From Schizochytrium sp. TIO01 (Eukaryota > Protista > Bigyra: Labyrinthulomycetes), in NCBI GenBank assembly GCA_004764695.1, contig SMSO01000014.1, positions 57,648-121,647 on the forward strand: a DNA stretch of 64,000 bases, given 5' to 3'. A program made the position numbers and the translations under genes. How positions within the stretch are numbered: the stretch's first letter is position 1; the number at the start of each line of letters is the position of its first letter. Positions 26,101-40,018 of the stretch are shown piece after piece. The notes under the pieces are model-generated. The model worked only from the letters and a program-made list of their open reading frames with translations. It did no database searches and was not told the DNA's origin.

Positions 26101-28733
26101 AAGTCTCGGACTTGCGCGCGGACCGAGGCGGGGTCAGAGAAAACTCCCTGCAGACTGGGATTGCCTTGCTTGAGGAATTCGTAGGGCCGGCGATTCAGGA
26201 CTACCTTGCCCAAGTGAAGTTGCGACAGGTTTCCGCTGACATCAAAAACTCCAAAGAGAGTCTTGACACGCTACAAGACCAGGTTCGTGCAAGCTCTGCA
26301 AATGGCTTGCCCAGCCTCATCGAAAAGCGGAACACCGAACGGAGGCACCTGCACTCACTTTTGCAGGTCGTGTACCCATGGGTTCGCGCCAACCTTTGCG
26401 AAAGTGATGAGAGTGCAGTGCGAGAATTCAAAGTGAGAGTTGAAAGTTTGGTAAACGATCTAAAGATCGACCTTGCACCAGTCGATGAAGAGACCAGCAC
26501 AGATGACTTCAAACACTGCCAAGAACTCGTTATTCAGGCTGTCCAATGCGTGGAAGGGTACAAGAGGAGTGGAGAAGGCCAACACAACAACATTGGTGAA
26601 CAAAGCCAACAAGCTGTAAAGCGCGTGATCTCTCGATTGTCTGAGCTAGAACTTGGTGATGGATTATCGGTTGCCCTGAGGACACCTGAGCAGGCCATGG
26701 AGCTAGAACCAGAGTTGTCTGAACTTGAGAGTGCTCTCAAGCAAGAGATCGAAGTTCTACAAGGAGATACACTTCGTACCCAATTGTGGGAAATACTTTG
26801 CGCGATAAGTTCAACATTCGCTCGATTTGAAGGATACACTGAATGTGCTGCATTGAATGACACGAGCAAGTGCACACCAGAAAAGCTCTCTGAGCTGTAT
26901 GACTATGCAGCACTGGGTTTGAAAGAACCTTCTGTCTCAGATGTTGAAGCATTATTCCAGAAACTTGACAAGTCGAGGAAAGCCACAGAAATTTTGAAGA
27001 GAGCCAAAGAAGAACTTGAAATAGAGGACTTGGATGAGGAAGAGCGAGCATATTTTAGAAATCGTATCAAGAAACAAGAGCTCATTCTCTCTCAAGGCAA
27101 CCCTATCAACCTTAGCAAAGCTTTTCGTCATAAGCTTGCTGAGACTCTGCAACACGCGCAGGAACATTATCCAGAGTTGCTGCAAGATAGAGCCTGGCTA
27201 GAAAGGCTTCACGTAAGTGCAGAGGGTGTTTTTGAAGTAGCATGTTCTGACCTTTGGTTAACGAATGTCACAGTTACGGACTTCAAACCTGTCGGCGAGC
27301 CCCTTGCTTCCAGAGGTGGCAAGAGAGTCCAGAAAGTATTTGATGGAGATGATAAACTTATGGTTCTCAAAGAGTTTCAGCTTGGACATCTAAGTCAATC
27401 TAAAACCTTCTACAAACAAGTTGCGAATCTGGGCAAAGTGGTGTCTCAGCACGTGATCCGTATCACTGGTGCTTTTGTGGACATGGCACATGGAGTACCG
27501 CGTGGTTGTATTATTATGCCTTTCTACGAGCAAGGTGACCTTGCCAAGTGGATTGAGAGTCATCCTAACGAAGGCAAAGCAGCGCGCGACCGACTTGCTA
27601 TGGGCCTGCTTATCGGTGTGGCGGATTTACATACCCACGGCATTGTGCATTGTGACATCAAACCAGAAAACATTTTCCTCACAAGTAACGGGACACCATT
27701 GATCGGCGACTTTGACGGCATCAAGGTTGCAGACTACACTGCAACTTACACATCACTTCAGGCAACGCCACGGTACGTTTGCCCCGAGTTGCAGAATGGG
27801 CCTGTAGATAGGTTTGAAACAGCGATGGACATGTACTCTGTGGGCATCAGCTTAAAGGAGCTGTATCCTACTGAGCGAACCGCTGCAATGCAGACACTTA
27901 TCGATGCTCTTACAGCAACAGACCCTGGTCAGCGTCCAACCGCTCGCCAAGCACTCCAACATGAAGCTTTTGGAGCTCCTAAGATCCCTGTCAAGATGTG
28001 TCTAGTATGCATGGAGGAGCATCTGCTTTCCGAGGGCACGAGCTGCGAGGAGGGAGACTTTCTTTGCAGAGACTGTATCGAATCTTCTGTAGAAGCGGCG
28101 GCACGGCCACTTGCTAACGTAAGAGTGGATGCTGATGGAACGATGGCATGCATGAAACCTGAATGTGGTGGAAGGATATCAGGTCAAGAAATCACCCGTC
28201 TTGCACCAACTGCTTTGAATCACCTATTGTTGATTGCAAAGATGAAGGCAGAAAATGAAGCAGCAGTTTGGGCGGAGAAGGAGATCCAAAGGCGCATAGC
28301 AGAAGTTTTGCGTGCAGATGAACAGAATCGCGACGCACAACGGCATTTACTCCATATTCAAGAGAAGATCTTGAGCACATGTTGTCCGAACTGTAAGGCA
28401 TATGTACACGATTTTGCCGGTTGCTGCGCTGTAAAGTGTGGTACTGATACTTGTGGTCATCACTTCTGCGCTTGGTGTCTTGAGTTTAGTTCTCAGAATT
28501 CACGAGCTTGTCATGCTCATGTGAGAACTTGCTTGAAAAAGCTTGGGCAAGATCCATTTTTTCCTGATTCATTTGAGCAGGTTCGTGAGGCGTGGCAGTT
28601 GCTCCGCGCAGAACGTCTGCGTGAGTACTGGAATGCACAAATTCAGGATAGAAATCTTCGACTCGTTCTGAGAGAGTTATTGTCACCTTTGCTAACACCA
28701 GATATCGTTGGCGCAAACTTTAGATTGGAGTAA
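23144..28733 (+). CDS. LRR gene B: 9-exon LRR - helical/coiled-coil - protein kinase - RING - Rcat/IBR-type protein (~1146 aa)
   Basis: Phase-2 exons: 23144-23196 (ATG), six 84-nt LRR exons (23382-23465, 23798-23881, 24218-24301, 24637-24720, 25039-25122, 25442-25525), 25695-25889, 26045-28733. Sum 3441 nt, open, and joins ORF 25911-28733 in frame. Kinase motifs VLKEF, HCDIKPEN, GDFDG. RING CLVC..CRDC..CMKPEC. Rcat-like CPNC..AGCCAVKC..CGHHFCAWC. Confidence 0.9.
23382..25525 (+). repeat. 402-420 bp tandem exon+intron array (6 LRR exons)
   Basis: Exon starts spaced 416, 420, 419, 402, 403 bp. Introns near-identical, GTACGTTTGTGGAATC...TTTATACTCACAG. Confidence 0.95.
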
Positions 28734-30939
28734 ACTAATCGAATTTTAAATGATTATCTTTTGCTTAAGCGCCGTTGACTAGAATGCAAAAAAGCAACTG
28801 CTCTCTTCCAGATAGTACCGACGTCTGCCAACAGGATCAAAATTTATAATGTTTTTTTTTGGCAAGGTTCTTGGTGAGGGGACGTACTAAAACTTAACAT
28901 AAACTAAACATAATTTAGAACAGTGTAATGATTCATTAACATTTCACTGATGATATATATGCTTTCTTAACTTTATTTTTCCAGTTTGAGGAGCATATTT
29001 ACTTTATTATTAGATACTAATTCTTACTTTGTTTTACTCTCTCCGCTCCTTCGATAATTCATTCAGCAACACCGCAAGCTCTAGGTTTAAGCCAAATCGT
29101 CGCAAAACAAACTCAAAAATACTTTTTTTATTCATCTCTCTTTGGCAGTTCTCAATAGTTCTCATTTCGGAAAGCAACTTTTTATTTATTTTTTCATCAA
29201 AGCCAAAATGCAGTTCTTCTAACGGCACTGAAACCTTTAATGTGACGATTTCCTCTCGGTTGCGAGGTGCTGGGCTTTTCCAATTTGCATAAGAACGCCA
29301 TCAAAGGCAGGAGCAAAAGTAGTATTACAGACGCAACCCTTTCTCCGAACCTATGACGACCTGAGTAATCGGGAGATTGATTCTTTCTTGGTAACTATTT
29401 ACTATTTCACAATAAGTCTATCGTAAAGATCAGACTCTGAACACAAACCTTTGCACTCCAGACAACTTTTGAAAGCTAGAAGGAAACCATCAGTTATTTA
29501 ATCCTCGAAACTCTTTGATCTTGGTATGCCATGTATCCAGATTTACTATTCGAAGCATGGACTCTTCTCAAGAAAACCATTTAAATTCCATATCTTTATC
29601 TCTCAGAACAAAGTTGACTCAACGAACCTCCAAAGGCAAAACATTGCCTTCCTGATTACATCTTAAGTTGTTCTTCAAATTTTTATTTTTATTGAAGAGA
29701 GCATTGCAATGACGCACAGAGTGATAAGGGAATCAGTTTACTCTATCAATCTGAGATTGCGAGACAATGACAGAATTGTGGATACCAGAGAAGCTACAAA
29801 GTAAATGCACAATCGCTATAGGAGGAGGCTACTCAAAGAGGATCTCCAAGCAGCCAAAGGTTATATGTGAAGATGGAGGCATCTTTTTATGCTTCGGCGT
29901 ACACAGTTAGCGATTGCAAACCTTGGAGATGAACACTCAGCACCAAAACTTCAAGAGTTTTGTGCATTCGAGGATTTACTGTCCTAGTAAATAATCCGCT
30001 GCTGCTGCGTAAAACTCTTTAACAGGTGGAACAGTTCATACCCTGAGTAGGAGACTAAGACTGTTAAAACTCAGAGCTCAAGGGGTGAGGCTAGCTCGTT
30101 TGTTCAACATAATTCTTTGGTTGTGTATTTCATATTCACTTATGACTTTCCTTGGTCTCACTCCTTCGTATTTAATAGTCATATTCTTACAAGTCCTAGA
30201 CTACGAGGACTTTTAATAGTGTGACAATGACTCTTCTCCACAAAACTCTTTGCTTGGTAACCTCAGCACAGAGTTTTTAAATTTTGCTGCGCCCCACGAA
30301 CTGCATATTTTAATCTGGCTACTTGACTGAATAGAATCCCACATGATAAGCTTTATCAGTGTTCCAAGACATATTCTACAATGATGAATTTAAAATTACT
30401 CCTCTACATTATGATTCATCCGTTGAAAGAAACTATTGGCTTTACATACTAATGCCTTATCGAAGTTTTACAGCTATGTGTCGGACGGATCATCTCAAGG
30501 TGCCGAACACAAGTCCAAAGCCCATAGACTTTGACAATGGGCCTTGTCAGCAGTTCCTGAATATTAATTCTAACTTTTCTTTTCCTTCATTTCTCTACCT
30601 ACGCTATCTCTTGGTGATCGCCTCACGCTAACTTGCAATACACATCTAAGAGGAGAACACGTGTACTGAAGCTACATATGCTGATAGTGTTAATGAAAGT
30701 GTTAAGCGGTTTGCATCTCCCACGAGATCTCTGTGATGGTGTCCCACTGAAGATTGTGTTGTTCTTCAAACATACATCAAGGTTACTGTTCGAGTCAGTT
30801 TCAAAGCAGCTGAGACACATGTGAGTACACAGGCAAACAGAATGCGCACAACCGTGCTTGGGTAGTCCCTTCATAGGTTTTTATACGCACTTCTCATTAT
30901 ATTCAACTTTGCAACACTGGATATATTATTAACTAGGTG

Positions 30940-31354
30940 TGCTGAAAGGTGATACTGATTAGCGTGAGGTTGACTGTAAAGATGAAGGTAAGAGGCTTAA
31001 TGTAGGCTATAAGAAGGTTGATTTAAGAGTTAGCGAACTGCTGTCCTGAGGAATGAATTCCAGGACAGATGGATTCATGTAGTAATTAGGGAGATTAAGA
31101 CATTCTTGAATGTGGTTAGAGATAATCGATGGGGTTAGGTTATCCAACCTTCTCCGCCATCGATCCAACCTAAACCAAGCTTGGGTGTCGGTGATGTGTA
31201 TTCACACTTCTAGTTCTTGGCTTCAGCAGCCGCATAAGTCTGGCTGCTTATTCTTGTTCTAATGTAAACCTTATTTCTAATGGGTTTTACAAAGGGACAC
31301 CAAGAACTCTAGCAATGTCTTGTCCGCTAGTTCCTTCGATTGGAGATCTCAGCA
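30940..31354. mobile_element. solo LTR (415 bp) with 5-bp target site duplication AGGTG
   Basis: TGCTG...CAGCA termini flanked by AGGTG on both sides; homologous to 40019-40397. Confidence 0.88.
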
Positions 31355-31639
31355 AGGTGGTTAACTCATTTGGAATAGTAGCACCCAGTAACTTTCTTTC
31401 TTGTATCCAGCATGGGAAATTAGCTTGTTGTGGTTTTCCAGGAGATACACAGCTGCTTGAATGAATCATGAACGTAAAGTGTTTCTTGTATCTGTGAAAG
31501 GAAGAATGATTAGTAGGAGAGAGTCGAACTATATCGGCGAGATTCGGACACGCAAAGGAAATCATTTAAGTTAACAAGTGTCACCTTTCCTTCTAGCACA
31601 GAACTGAAACACCACAACAAAAAACAGTGTAAAAATTCT

Positions 31640-32290
31640 TCTTTTTTTTTTTTTTCTAAATGTATTTATTTAAAACTATGCAAACTAGACTAAAGCAACT
31701 ACTTATAACCATTCACCTATGCAAGACAGCTTTGGAAATTTTCAATCATGTCAGATAATTTCGTGCTTGGGAAAGAAACATGAGATATTTCTTAAGCATG
31801 CACTCAAGATTTGTAATATTCACAGAATAAATAATCGATTGCTCGAAAGGTCAACCAAGAGAGTAGAGGACCTACAGCTTTTTGCTAATCTTGTCGGATT
31901 GCCTTGCAAATTCATTTTCAGGCTTGCTTCGTCCCCTTCGTTCCCTGACATAGACGCATCACTATGTTGACTGACGCTTCACCATGGTCTGGTCAAGAAG
32001 GTCTTCCTTTGAGCCTTACGAAGTCATGACGTAGTAATGTGTCAGTTTCTCCTTCTCAATAGTGTCAATCAAGAGCAGAAATTCATCACTTGTTGATAAA
32101 GTTAGCCTGTGGCACTTGTTTCTGTTTTGTCGAAAAAAGAGCAGACTTGCTGTTTACTAACTTTACTGCTGCTCTTGAGCATCAGCTTGTATTTCAACAA
32201 AGACAGATAAAACACTTCGTAGCAGAAAGCCTGCAAGGAAGCTTTTGTCTTCATGACAGAGGCCAGAGACACTCGAAGGAAAGCTACTTG
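31640..32290 (-). mobile_element. possible decayed 3' end of a non-LTR retroelement
   Basis: Minus strand ends AATAAATACATTTAG then poly(A). An upstream stop-riddled frame contains AIDYLFCEY, loosely like the zf-RVT IDHLFxEC motif. Confidence 0.3.
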
Positions 32291-32367
32291 CTGCGTTGTT
32301 ACTTTTTATATAAAATGAATGAAATAGAGCTCTGAAGTATAAATGCCAGAGTTCGACTAGCTTAGTC

Positions 32368-32486
32368 ACATTCGATCATACCACGCGGGTAACACCTCAT
32401 CTCATTCGCACTGAGAAGTAAAGTCGCGTAGGGCCGGGTCAGTAGTATGATAGGGGACTGCATGCGAAGCCCTGGTGTTGAATGTT
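32368..32486 (+). rRNA. 5S rRNA: 5S rRNA, copy 2 (stand-alone)
   Basis: Identical to copy 1 except one C>T (CCCTGG vs CCCCGG). Upstream GTATAAAT, downstream T-run. Confidence 0.93.
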
Positions 32487-35400
32487 ATTTTTGCATTTCC
32501 CCCCCCCCGAGCCAATCATTTTTGGTACTTTGATATGAATCACTAATATTTGAGCAATGACGTTAGTTTACCACATAAAGTGGGGTTAATGTGCTCATTC
32601 TTGACATACTTACTGGTATCGTCGGCTTACTATCAACATTTCTGAATTAAAAAAATGATAGGGAATTTCAAAATTGATGTATCCTATTTTTTGCAATGCA
32701 TTCTAAATTAGGCACAAAGAGATCAATATAAAAAATTACTTTGCATTAATGGAGGATTTACCAGGGAAAGTCAGGGGCAGGAGTTACATTCTCTGTATAA
32801 CACATTTACCGAAACAAACGAAAACTACGCATTGAAATCTCAGTAAAGTGAATAGAGGATTGACAGGAAAAGTCGCACTTTCTTTTAAAAGGGGTCATGC
32901 TTATCACAACTCTCAATCGCGAGATATATTGTTTATTTCAAACGCCATTCTCCGGCCCGAGGATTCATTTACATATTCTTCGTTTGCCCAGATGGCGGAC
33001 TCTCAAGGTAATAGGACAGTAATTGTATGCTGAAGATGTCCTTCAGCAGGTTTAAGGAAATAACATGTTTAACAGCTTCCCTGAAGACAGCCATGTTATA
33101 ATTACCATATTTCGAAACAAAGGCAAGTACGAGGAACTTTGATTTAAATTCTCAAGCGACCTAAATTGATTTGAGATTCTAGAGGAACAAATTTGGCCAT
33201 CAAGTAATTTACGAGATTTTGTTTTTAGTTTTTCCTAAACCAAGTTACTATTGGTACTTCAGTATAAACCTGCTAGGGTGGAACACATTCATTTTACGAA
33301 AAACCGAAGTCATAACTTAACAATATAGCACAATGTTGTAATTGTCGCAACACTACTATGCCAAAATACACTAGATCTGATTGCTTTTCGTGCACAGTGC
33401 GAAAGATAATGATATTTCTTTACTCTATCACTTTATGAAGCACTAGTATCTGTATATAGTCCGACAAAATGCACTACAAAATTCATGTCTGCTTTAAGCA
33501 TTTGCAATGGTGGCTGCGGTGATTGCTTTTTACACCATGAAGGACCAAGATCAGAACCCCTATTCAAAAAGGTTGTCATTGCTATTATCCTGGCTAAAAT
33601 GTGCAAAGCATAAGAACAAAAACTTCGCAGCCTCCAGGTCTAAGAACACTCGATATGGTGATTATTTGGTTGTTTTGCCACATATGAAGTCGCTCGTGTT
33701 TGTGAATAATTGTTTATTACTCTAGTCAGCAACGAATTTCACAAACCCATAACCAAGAGCAAAACAGTCACATGCTGAGATTGATTGACCAAGCTTGTGA
33801 ATCAGCATCGATTACTTTCTCCAGAGGATATGCGTTTGCCTTGATGGCAGACCGGAGGCCTTCCTTGTCAAAGGGCCGATGGTAGGTAGCAGGAGCTCGA
33901 GCCTCGTCTAAGTCTCGCAGAGCCAAAGTTGCTGCGATCTGATGTCACCGCATCGTTCGTTTGGCGGCCAAGCAGAGGGAACCAGAAACTACGCAGCCTT
34001 CAAGCGCAGGTAGTGAGCCCAGCAACTTTGCTAAGGCCAAGCGAACCACCCAATATGCTCCACCTGCGCACAGCCGGAACGCCTAGAGCAGTTCTCTATG
34101 ATTTGATTCAAGTTCTGATGCTTTTCCTTTTACACTTTGTTATAGAAATGAAAATACAGACTAGAGTTTAATCTATCCAGAACTTTATTTGAAGAGTTGT
34201 CAAACTAGGACTAACAGAACCTTAGCATGGATAATAGAACTTGCAATTCTACAACTATGATTGCAAGCAACTACTTTACCTACACTAACGTCAGAGCAAG
34301 AGATTGTATGTTTTGTTCGCGTAGCATCTTCTACTACTCTTCTCTAAGCTGGAGAGGGGTCCTCTTCTTTTCTTTCGAATCTGTACGATTACTGCAAACT
34401 TGGAAATATTGTGAAGCATATCAATTGCGACGAATAAATGAGCGCCTACGAATCCTTTGCACAGAGCTTTCTCCCGATCTCATCACTGTCAAAGATTAAG
34501 TTGCAACTTGTTCGATAGGTGCTTCTTTTATAATGCATTCGTTTTTTTCCTTTATGAGTTCATCTCTAAATTGACAAATCACCTTCCTTAGCCATAAAAC
34601 GGACTAGTTATGAAGCAATTTATTGTGCAGGTGCGAAGCTTAGTTCCCAAATAATTGGCTGATGTTTGCGGTTACCAGAGGACTTGCTTCGAAAAAGCTG
34701 CAACATTATCGTATTTCAAAGGTTCTAGAATCTATCTAAATATGTTGTGGCTTGCAGGAAGCTGCATTATATCTGTTCTAAAGTATGCCAATGCGTTTAG
34801 CCAGAATTTTTTTCGCATTTGCTTAATCAAGCTCTGACATTACACTGAAAACCCTTTGTAAAAAGTATATGATTTTTACTTTAGAGTCTTGATGGAAGTT
34901 GCAATAGATTAGTTGCCTTCATGAAACGTACAATACTTGATATAAACTGGCGTTACCTCCGGGAAACAATGTCTCATTTCGTCGACGCTTAAGAAAACGA
35001 AAGCTCGACTCTTGTTGCGACTGCCAAAACATTCGAGAAATAGCCCCGACGAAAGTTTTGATAGACGAGGTCGTACAAAAGGTCTACTTTCTAAGAATAA
35101 TCTTTTCAAATACAATTTTGATAATTTCTTTGTTCTACAGCTCCCTCTTGTTGAATAAATTCACATTGTCATGATTTCGTAGAATGTTGTGAGCATATGC
35201 AAATTTAAAGACATGCGTGGTTTCTATAGAAAGCCATGCAGCACCAGAGAGCAATGAGCAGCTTCATGTTCAATTTGAAAACGCATTAACAAACTGAAAA
35301 TATTAGTTTTGGTCACCTGACCCACATACATCTAGCACAATATTTCTCGCTAGACTGTCTCTAAAATCAAAGCAATACACAACGAATTTTAGAACACTCT

Positions 35401-38400
35401 GTCATTATGTTGCTATCTCCTCAATTTTAAAATACGTAAGTACTTTGATCTAAAACCATTGTGAGGTCTCGTTAAAAGTCTTATTAGGCAAGAATTAAAA
35501 TGAATTAAATTCACTCTACAATCACTCTCTGTTTACTGGGCGTCCATTGTTCGGAGATCACTTTTAAGCTTGATATACTAGTATGGTATAATTTTTTGAA
35601 CTTGAAAAATAACGTTTTAGATAATACTGCAACATGTGGGTTCCTCCAAAGCAACTCAGATTGCTGCCTACCCAGTGGGGTCTGTATTATTGCGCAATAT
35701 TAAGACTCTATTTTGTGTAACCACAGAATCTTCATCTAGACTGCTTTAGTAAAAAGGAAGATCTCATCCAGGCTACAGCGATAATTCAGTCATTTGAAAG
35801 TTTTCCCATTACTGCAAATACTTTTTCATTTCTCATGTTTTTTTTTTTTTTAATATTAAATATGAAGTAATAAAAAACAAAACATTTTATTTTTATACAT
35901 TTGAATTAAAATGATTTAATTTGAGAAACAATATTTAAAAAAAAAAAATACAAAGCAACTTTTACAGATAAGTTGAAAATAAACCTAGGATAATGTCGCG
36001 GAGGTTGAAAGACTTCACGCATTGATTGCCGACGTTTGTGAATGTGCTCCTTCTATCCTTTAGGCAATCTTGGTAGAATGACATGAAAGGGCCAGCGAGA
36101 GACAGTGCCGGCTTAAATTGATTTGATTCCAACTAGAAATCTAGACTCTCTGAAAGTTCATTACTATCCAAGCAAGATAATAGTATAATCGATCACATTC
36201 AAATGAACAGTTTTGTTTTTATAAATTATGTCTTGTTATACTCAAATGTATTAAACGAAGCATTCACAATGCATTAGTACCAACTCGTTTCTGTTAATTG
36301 CGTAGTTAATGTCATAGAATAAGAACAAGCGATCCACGCGATCTCTATCCCGGAGAGTATTTCCAAGCTTCCCTTGTGGGTTAAGGTGTGTCTTTACGTT
36401 TCAAAGTATTACAATGATATGGCATATTGATATAAGTTCTGCAATTAAAAATGTTTAGGGTTAGAACCTTTTTATTCTAAAAACAAAAATATAAATAAAG
36501 GAAATACATTTTAAAAGTATCTTTTTATTTTTAAAAAAATATTTAGTCTGTCTTTTCTTTGTTCAATTTAACTTTTTTTTTTTTTAAGTGCTTCCATTAT
36601 CTTCGTATTTAGTTGTTCAAAGGGAAAAGTAGATTGATGCTAGAGCTGCATAAAGCATTGCATCACTCCCCATTATGCACCAAGCCAGTTTGTCAGTTGG
36701 CTTTGTTTTAATTTTGTTTTGTTCTTTTGTATTCGATCAATTCTAAGTAGTTAACTATAACTGTATGTATTCAACGAACGTACTTAGTTAGTTTTTCATT
36801 ATCCCAGAACAGTTGCACTGCACCTTGCTTATTCATAATTTGAGGATCCAGGTCACGAATTCAACTTTGGAGCAATATAGATCGTACTACAAAAACCAAA
36901 AATATGTGTCAGACATCAAAATTATGCAATCAGGATGAAAATTTGATGTAGCTTTTAGAAAGGGCCAACATTCACAAAAACCGTTGAAGCTTTATTAGAC
37001 ATTTTCCGGGCCAAGCAATATTAAGCAAGTTAAAATAACATGTAGGCTGATAGAACGATTTGCTGGCGAATTGAACATTCGCACTTAACTGCTTGATCAA
37101 TATAATACTGTATAATAAATAAGTAACTAATTTTTAATATTTTGAATAAATTACATTAAATGTTTATTTTAAATGTTTACCTCTTACTTTAAAAAAAAAT
37201 AAAAAAACTTTAAGATGATGCTTTTAAAATCCATTTTTTTTGTAATAACCTTTTTAATTTTAAATATTTAAAACTAAATGAATATATATTTTTAAATTAT
37301 AACACGAGATTCTTTTCTACAAATGTTTGATTTACTTTATCATCAGAAAGACGGGCTGTAGTTGCAGCAAAAAAAGAAAGCGTTTACAAACTCCCTTATG
37401 TACTTCTGTTTTTATCGAACCTTAGCGACGCACAATGCATGATAACGCAAGAACTGTCCAAAAATACTACGTAACTTTTTCGACTCACGAACGATTCTTT
37501 CAATTGCAATTATGAGATTACATCAGCAACTTTTGCGCTTGGCATACTTCATTTTGAGTTTAATGCTTCTTAGGCGAATTTAAGCATGAGGTATACTCTC
37601 TTCAAATTATACTGACACTTAGGCGGGTTGTCTTTTCAAGATATAAAATACTTATGTTTAGTTGCTGTGCTTTTGAAATTGATGTGCTAAATTCAATCTG
37701 CTCGAATGCATTGTTTGTTCATAGGAACAACGGCAAGAGGTTTAAACCGGCCAAGTCCTGCTGTTTGTCAGCATGTTTAATTATCGTGAGCGTTTCTTTG
37801 TAGACTCTTGTTTACTCCTCAAAGCAGTTCACATTCAGAGAACCCCAACCTCATTGCCAAACCAACTGTGTCATTTAATCGCATGCAATTAAATAGCTTT
37901 AAAAGTAACAGCCTTCAGAAATGTTGTGCGTACGTAGAGGTCAATGAGACGTTGTCCAAGTGTTCTTCGTAGAACTGAGAAAAAAGTTATGCATTATTGT
38001 AGTTGTCGGAGAAGCTGCTACCCAGTCAAGGAGCAGAATCATCGCTTGGACACTGATGACAAGCTCACTCAAGATTAATCTGTTTAGCACAAAGTACGAA
38101 TCTCTTAGTTTCTTTCGTCGTTGTATACAGCTAAGAGCCTAACCTCATCTACCTAACCTAATCTAGTTCTCCTGTCTGACTCTCTTCGGCCCGACATGAT
38201 ACATTTATCCTGCCTGCATTCAGATTTGAAACTCTCATAACAAAATATCCTCCTCCTTCGCTTTCTCCTGAGTGCACCATCCCTGGTAGACTACCTCTGC
38301 ACGCTTCGCTACACAAGCCGATCTACAGTGGCTTCAAAATCAACCACTTTTGGCTGTTATATTTCACCACAACATGGGCCGGATCCTAAAGTATATGTAA

Positions 38401-38882
38401 TCATCGCAATGCACTTATATGTGTTGCCTAAAATTTTCAGGTGGACATTTCTATTTTCATGGTAGTACATACTTCAGTGATTGTAGATGTAGTCATTCTG
38501 CTCTGTGAGAAATATTAGTCATACAATAATCAAGCTCGAGTGCTCCAATTTTAGAAGTATTTTGCTCCTGTCCAAAAATTAGAATTTACCTCACTGTGGA
38601 AACTATTTAGACCATCTTATTATCCGCAATAGGTGATTTTATAAGCCCAGGACAACGAAGGCTTAAGGTAACAACAAAAGTTAAGTCTATACATAATGCA
38701 AATAGGAACTCGATTGTAGTTTGTTCATGTGAAAAATGAGGGGCATGCTAGCACTGCTGAATCTTGATGTTGTCAAGATAAAATTTCCCTAGTCTCCAAC
38801 ACATCAAGTTAAATCTAATTCCTCTGAACGTCTTGTACATACAAAAAAAAAAAGTTTGATCAATAGCTGGATAAAAAAGTTT

Positions 38883-38955
38883 TGCTCGAACCGAGAGTCG
38901 AACTCGGGACCAACAGCTTACTAAACTGTCACTCTACCAACTGAGCTATCCGAGC
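38883..38955 (-). tRNA. tRNA-Thr: tRNA-Thr (AGT)
   Basis: GCTCGGATAGCTCAGTTGGTAGAGTGACAGTTTAGTAAGCTGTTGGTCCCGAGTTCGACTCTCGGTTCGAGCA folds as a cloverleaf; T-run downstream. Confidence 0.93.
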
Positions 38956-39114
38956 GCAATTCGTGCCCGTGGCTTTAGGGCACATTCAACTTATCCTACA
39001 ATTCAATCTCTCTATGCTTGCAAAAAACTGTATGTACTTTCAATCAACACCTAAGAAGCATGTGATACTCCGTCTGTTAAAAACTCTTCAAATGGGCAAA
39101 AATCAAATCAGATT

Positions 39115-39186
39115 TACAGATGACGAGGATCGAACTCGTGACCTTCCGCGTGTCAGGCGGACGCTCTACCACTGAGCTACACCTGC
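39115..39186 (-). tRNA. tRNA-Val: tRNA-Val (GAC)
   Basis: GCAGGTGTAGCTCAGTGGTAGAGCGTCCGCCTGACACGCGGAAGGTCACGAGTTCGATCCTCGTCATCTGTA; anticodon loop CT-GAC-AC. Confidence 0.9.
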
Positions 39187-40018
39187 GAGGTGAGGATCTG
39201 GCCCTCTACAGCTGTTTTATTTTTGTCATTCCTTTACGTATAATAAATGTCCAAACCAACTAGGGATTTATTTTCAAAATTCCCATTCTAGAACAGAACA
39301 TTCTCTTTGCGTGGCGATCGCGGTTTTCAAAAGAAATACTCCATCGAAATTCGCATACCTTTGTCTTTTTTTAAAGTCAAAAGATTCAGCAAACAGGCTA
39401 TCAAAAGGTGTTTGTAAGTTTCTAAACTCTTGGACGTACCCATGACCACCACAAAAACAGAAAAACGAAATAACAAAAATTCTAACAATATAGCAACAAA
39501 ACAAGATCCCCAAAGTAAACGAAGAATCTCGTCTTAATATATAGAAAAAAAAATGACTAAAGAGCAACCAATGGGTATGCTCACTGTCATTTCTATATCA
39601 ATGATATAAAAAAGCAGCACAAAAACGTTTTATGAATCTAGATATCTTTGTATCCCTAAGAAGATCCATCTAGATATTTCAAAAGCAAAACCATAATATT
39701 AACCTCAGTGAAAAATATGAAAAAAGTCATTGGTGTAGCTATGAACAAACAAATTCATCCGTCTGCATTATTTCTAAAAGTTTCAAATGCACCTATCAAA
39801 CACTCGCTTTTAACCCTATCCCGAAACATAGTCACTAAAACTAGACAAAATTACTGAATGCGCATTTGTGCTTAAACTGTGAGAAAATAACTGGACCAAA
39901 TGAGATCATCGGCACGAGCCCTTTGAAGGTCAACCCGCTTTAAGGAAAATTTCACTTTTCACAATGCCGGTTGCGTGTTTTATGCAAGTGAGGTTCTAGA
40001 AATGTGAGCAAAAGTGAT

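Noticed and set aside
29034-29300. Short minus-strand frame (..VPLEELHFGFDEKINKKLL..) as a gene remnant
   Set aside because: No recognisable family, start or splice support.
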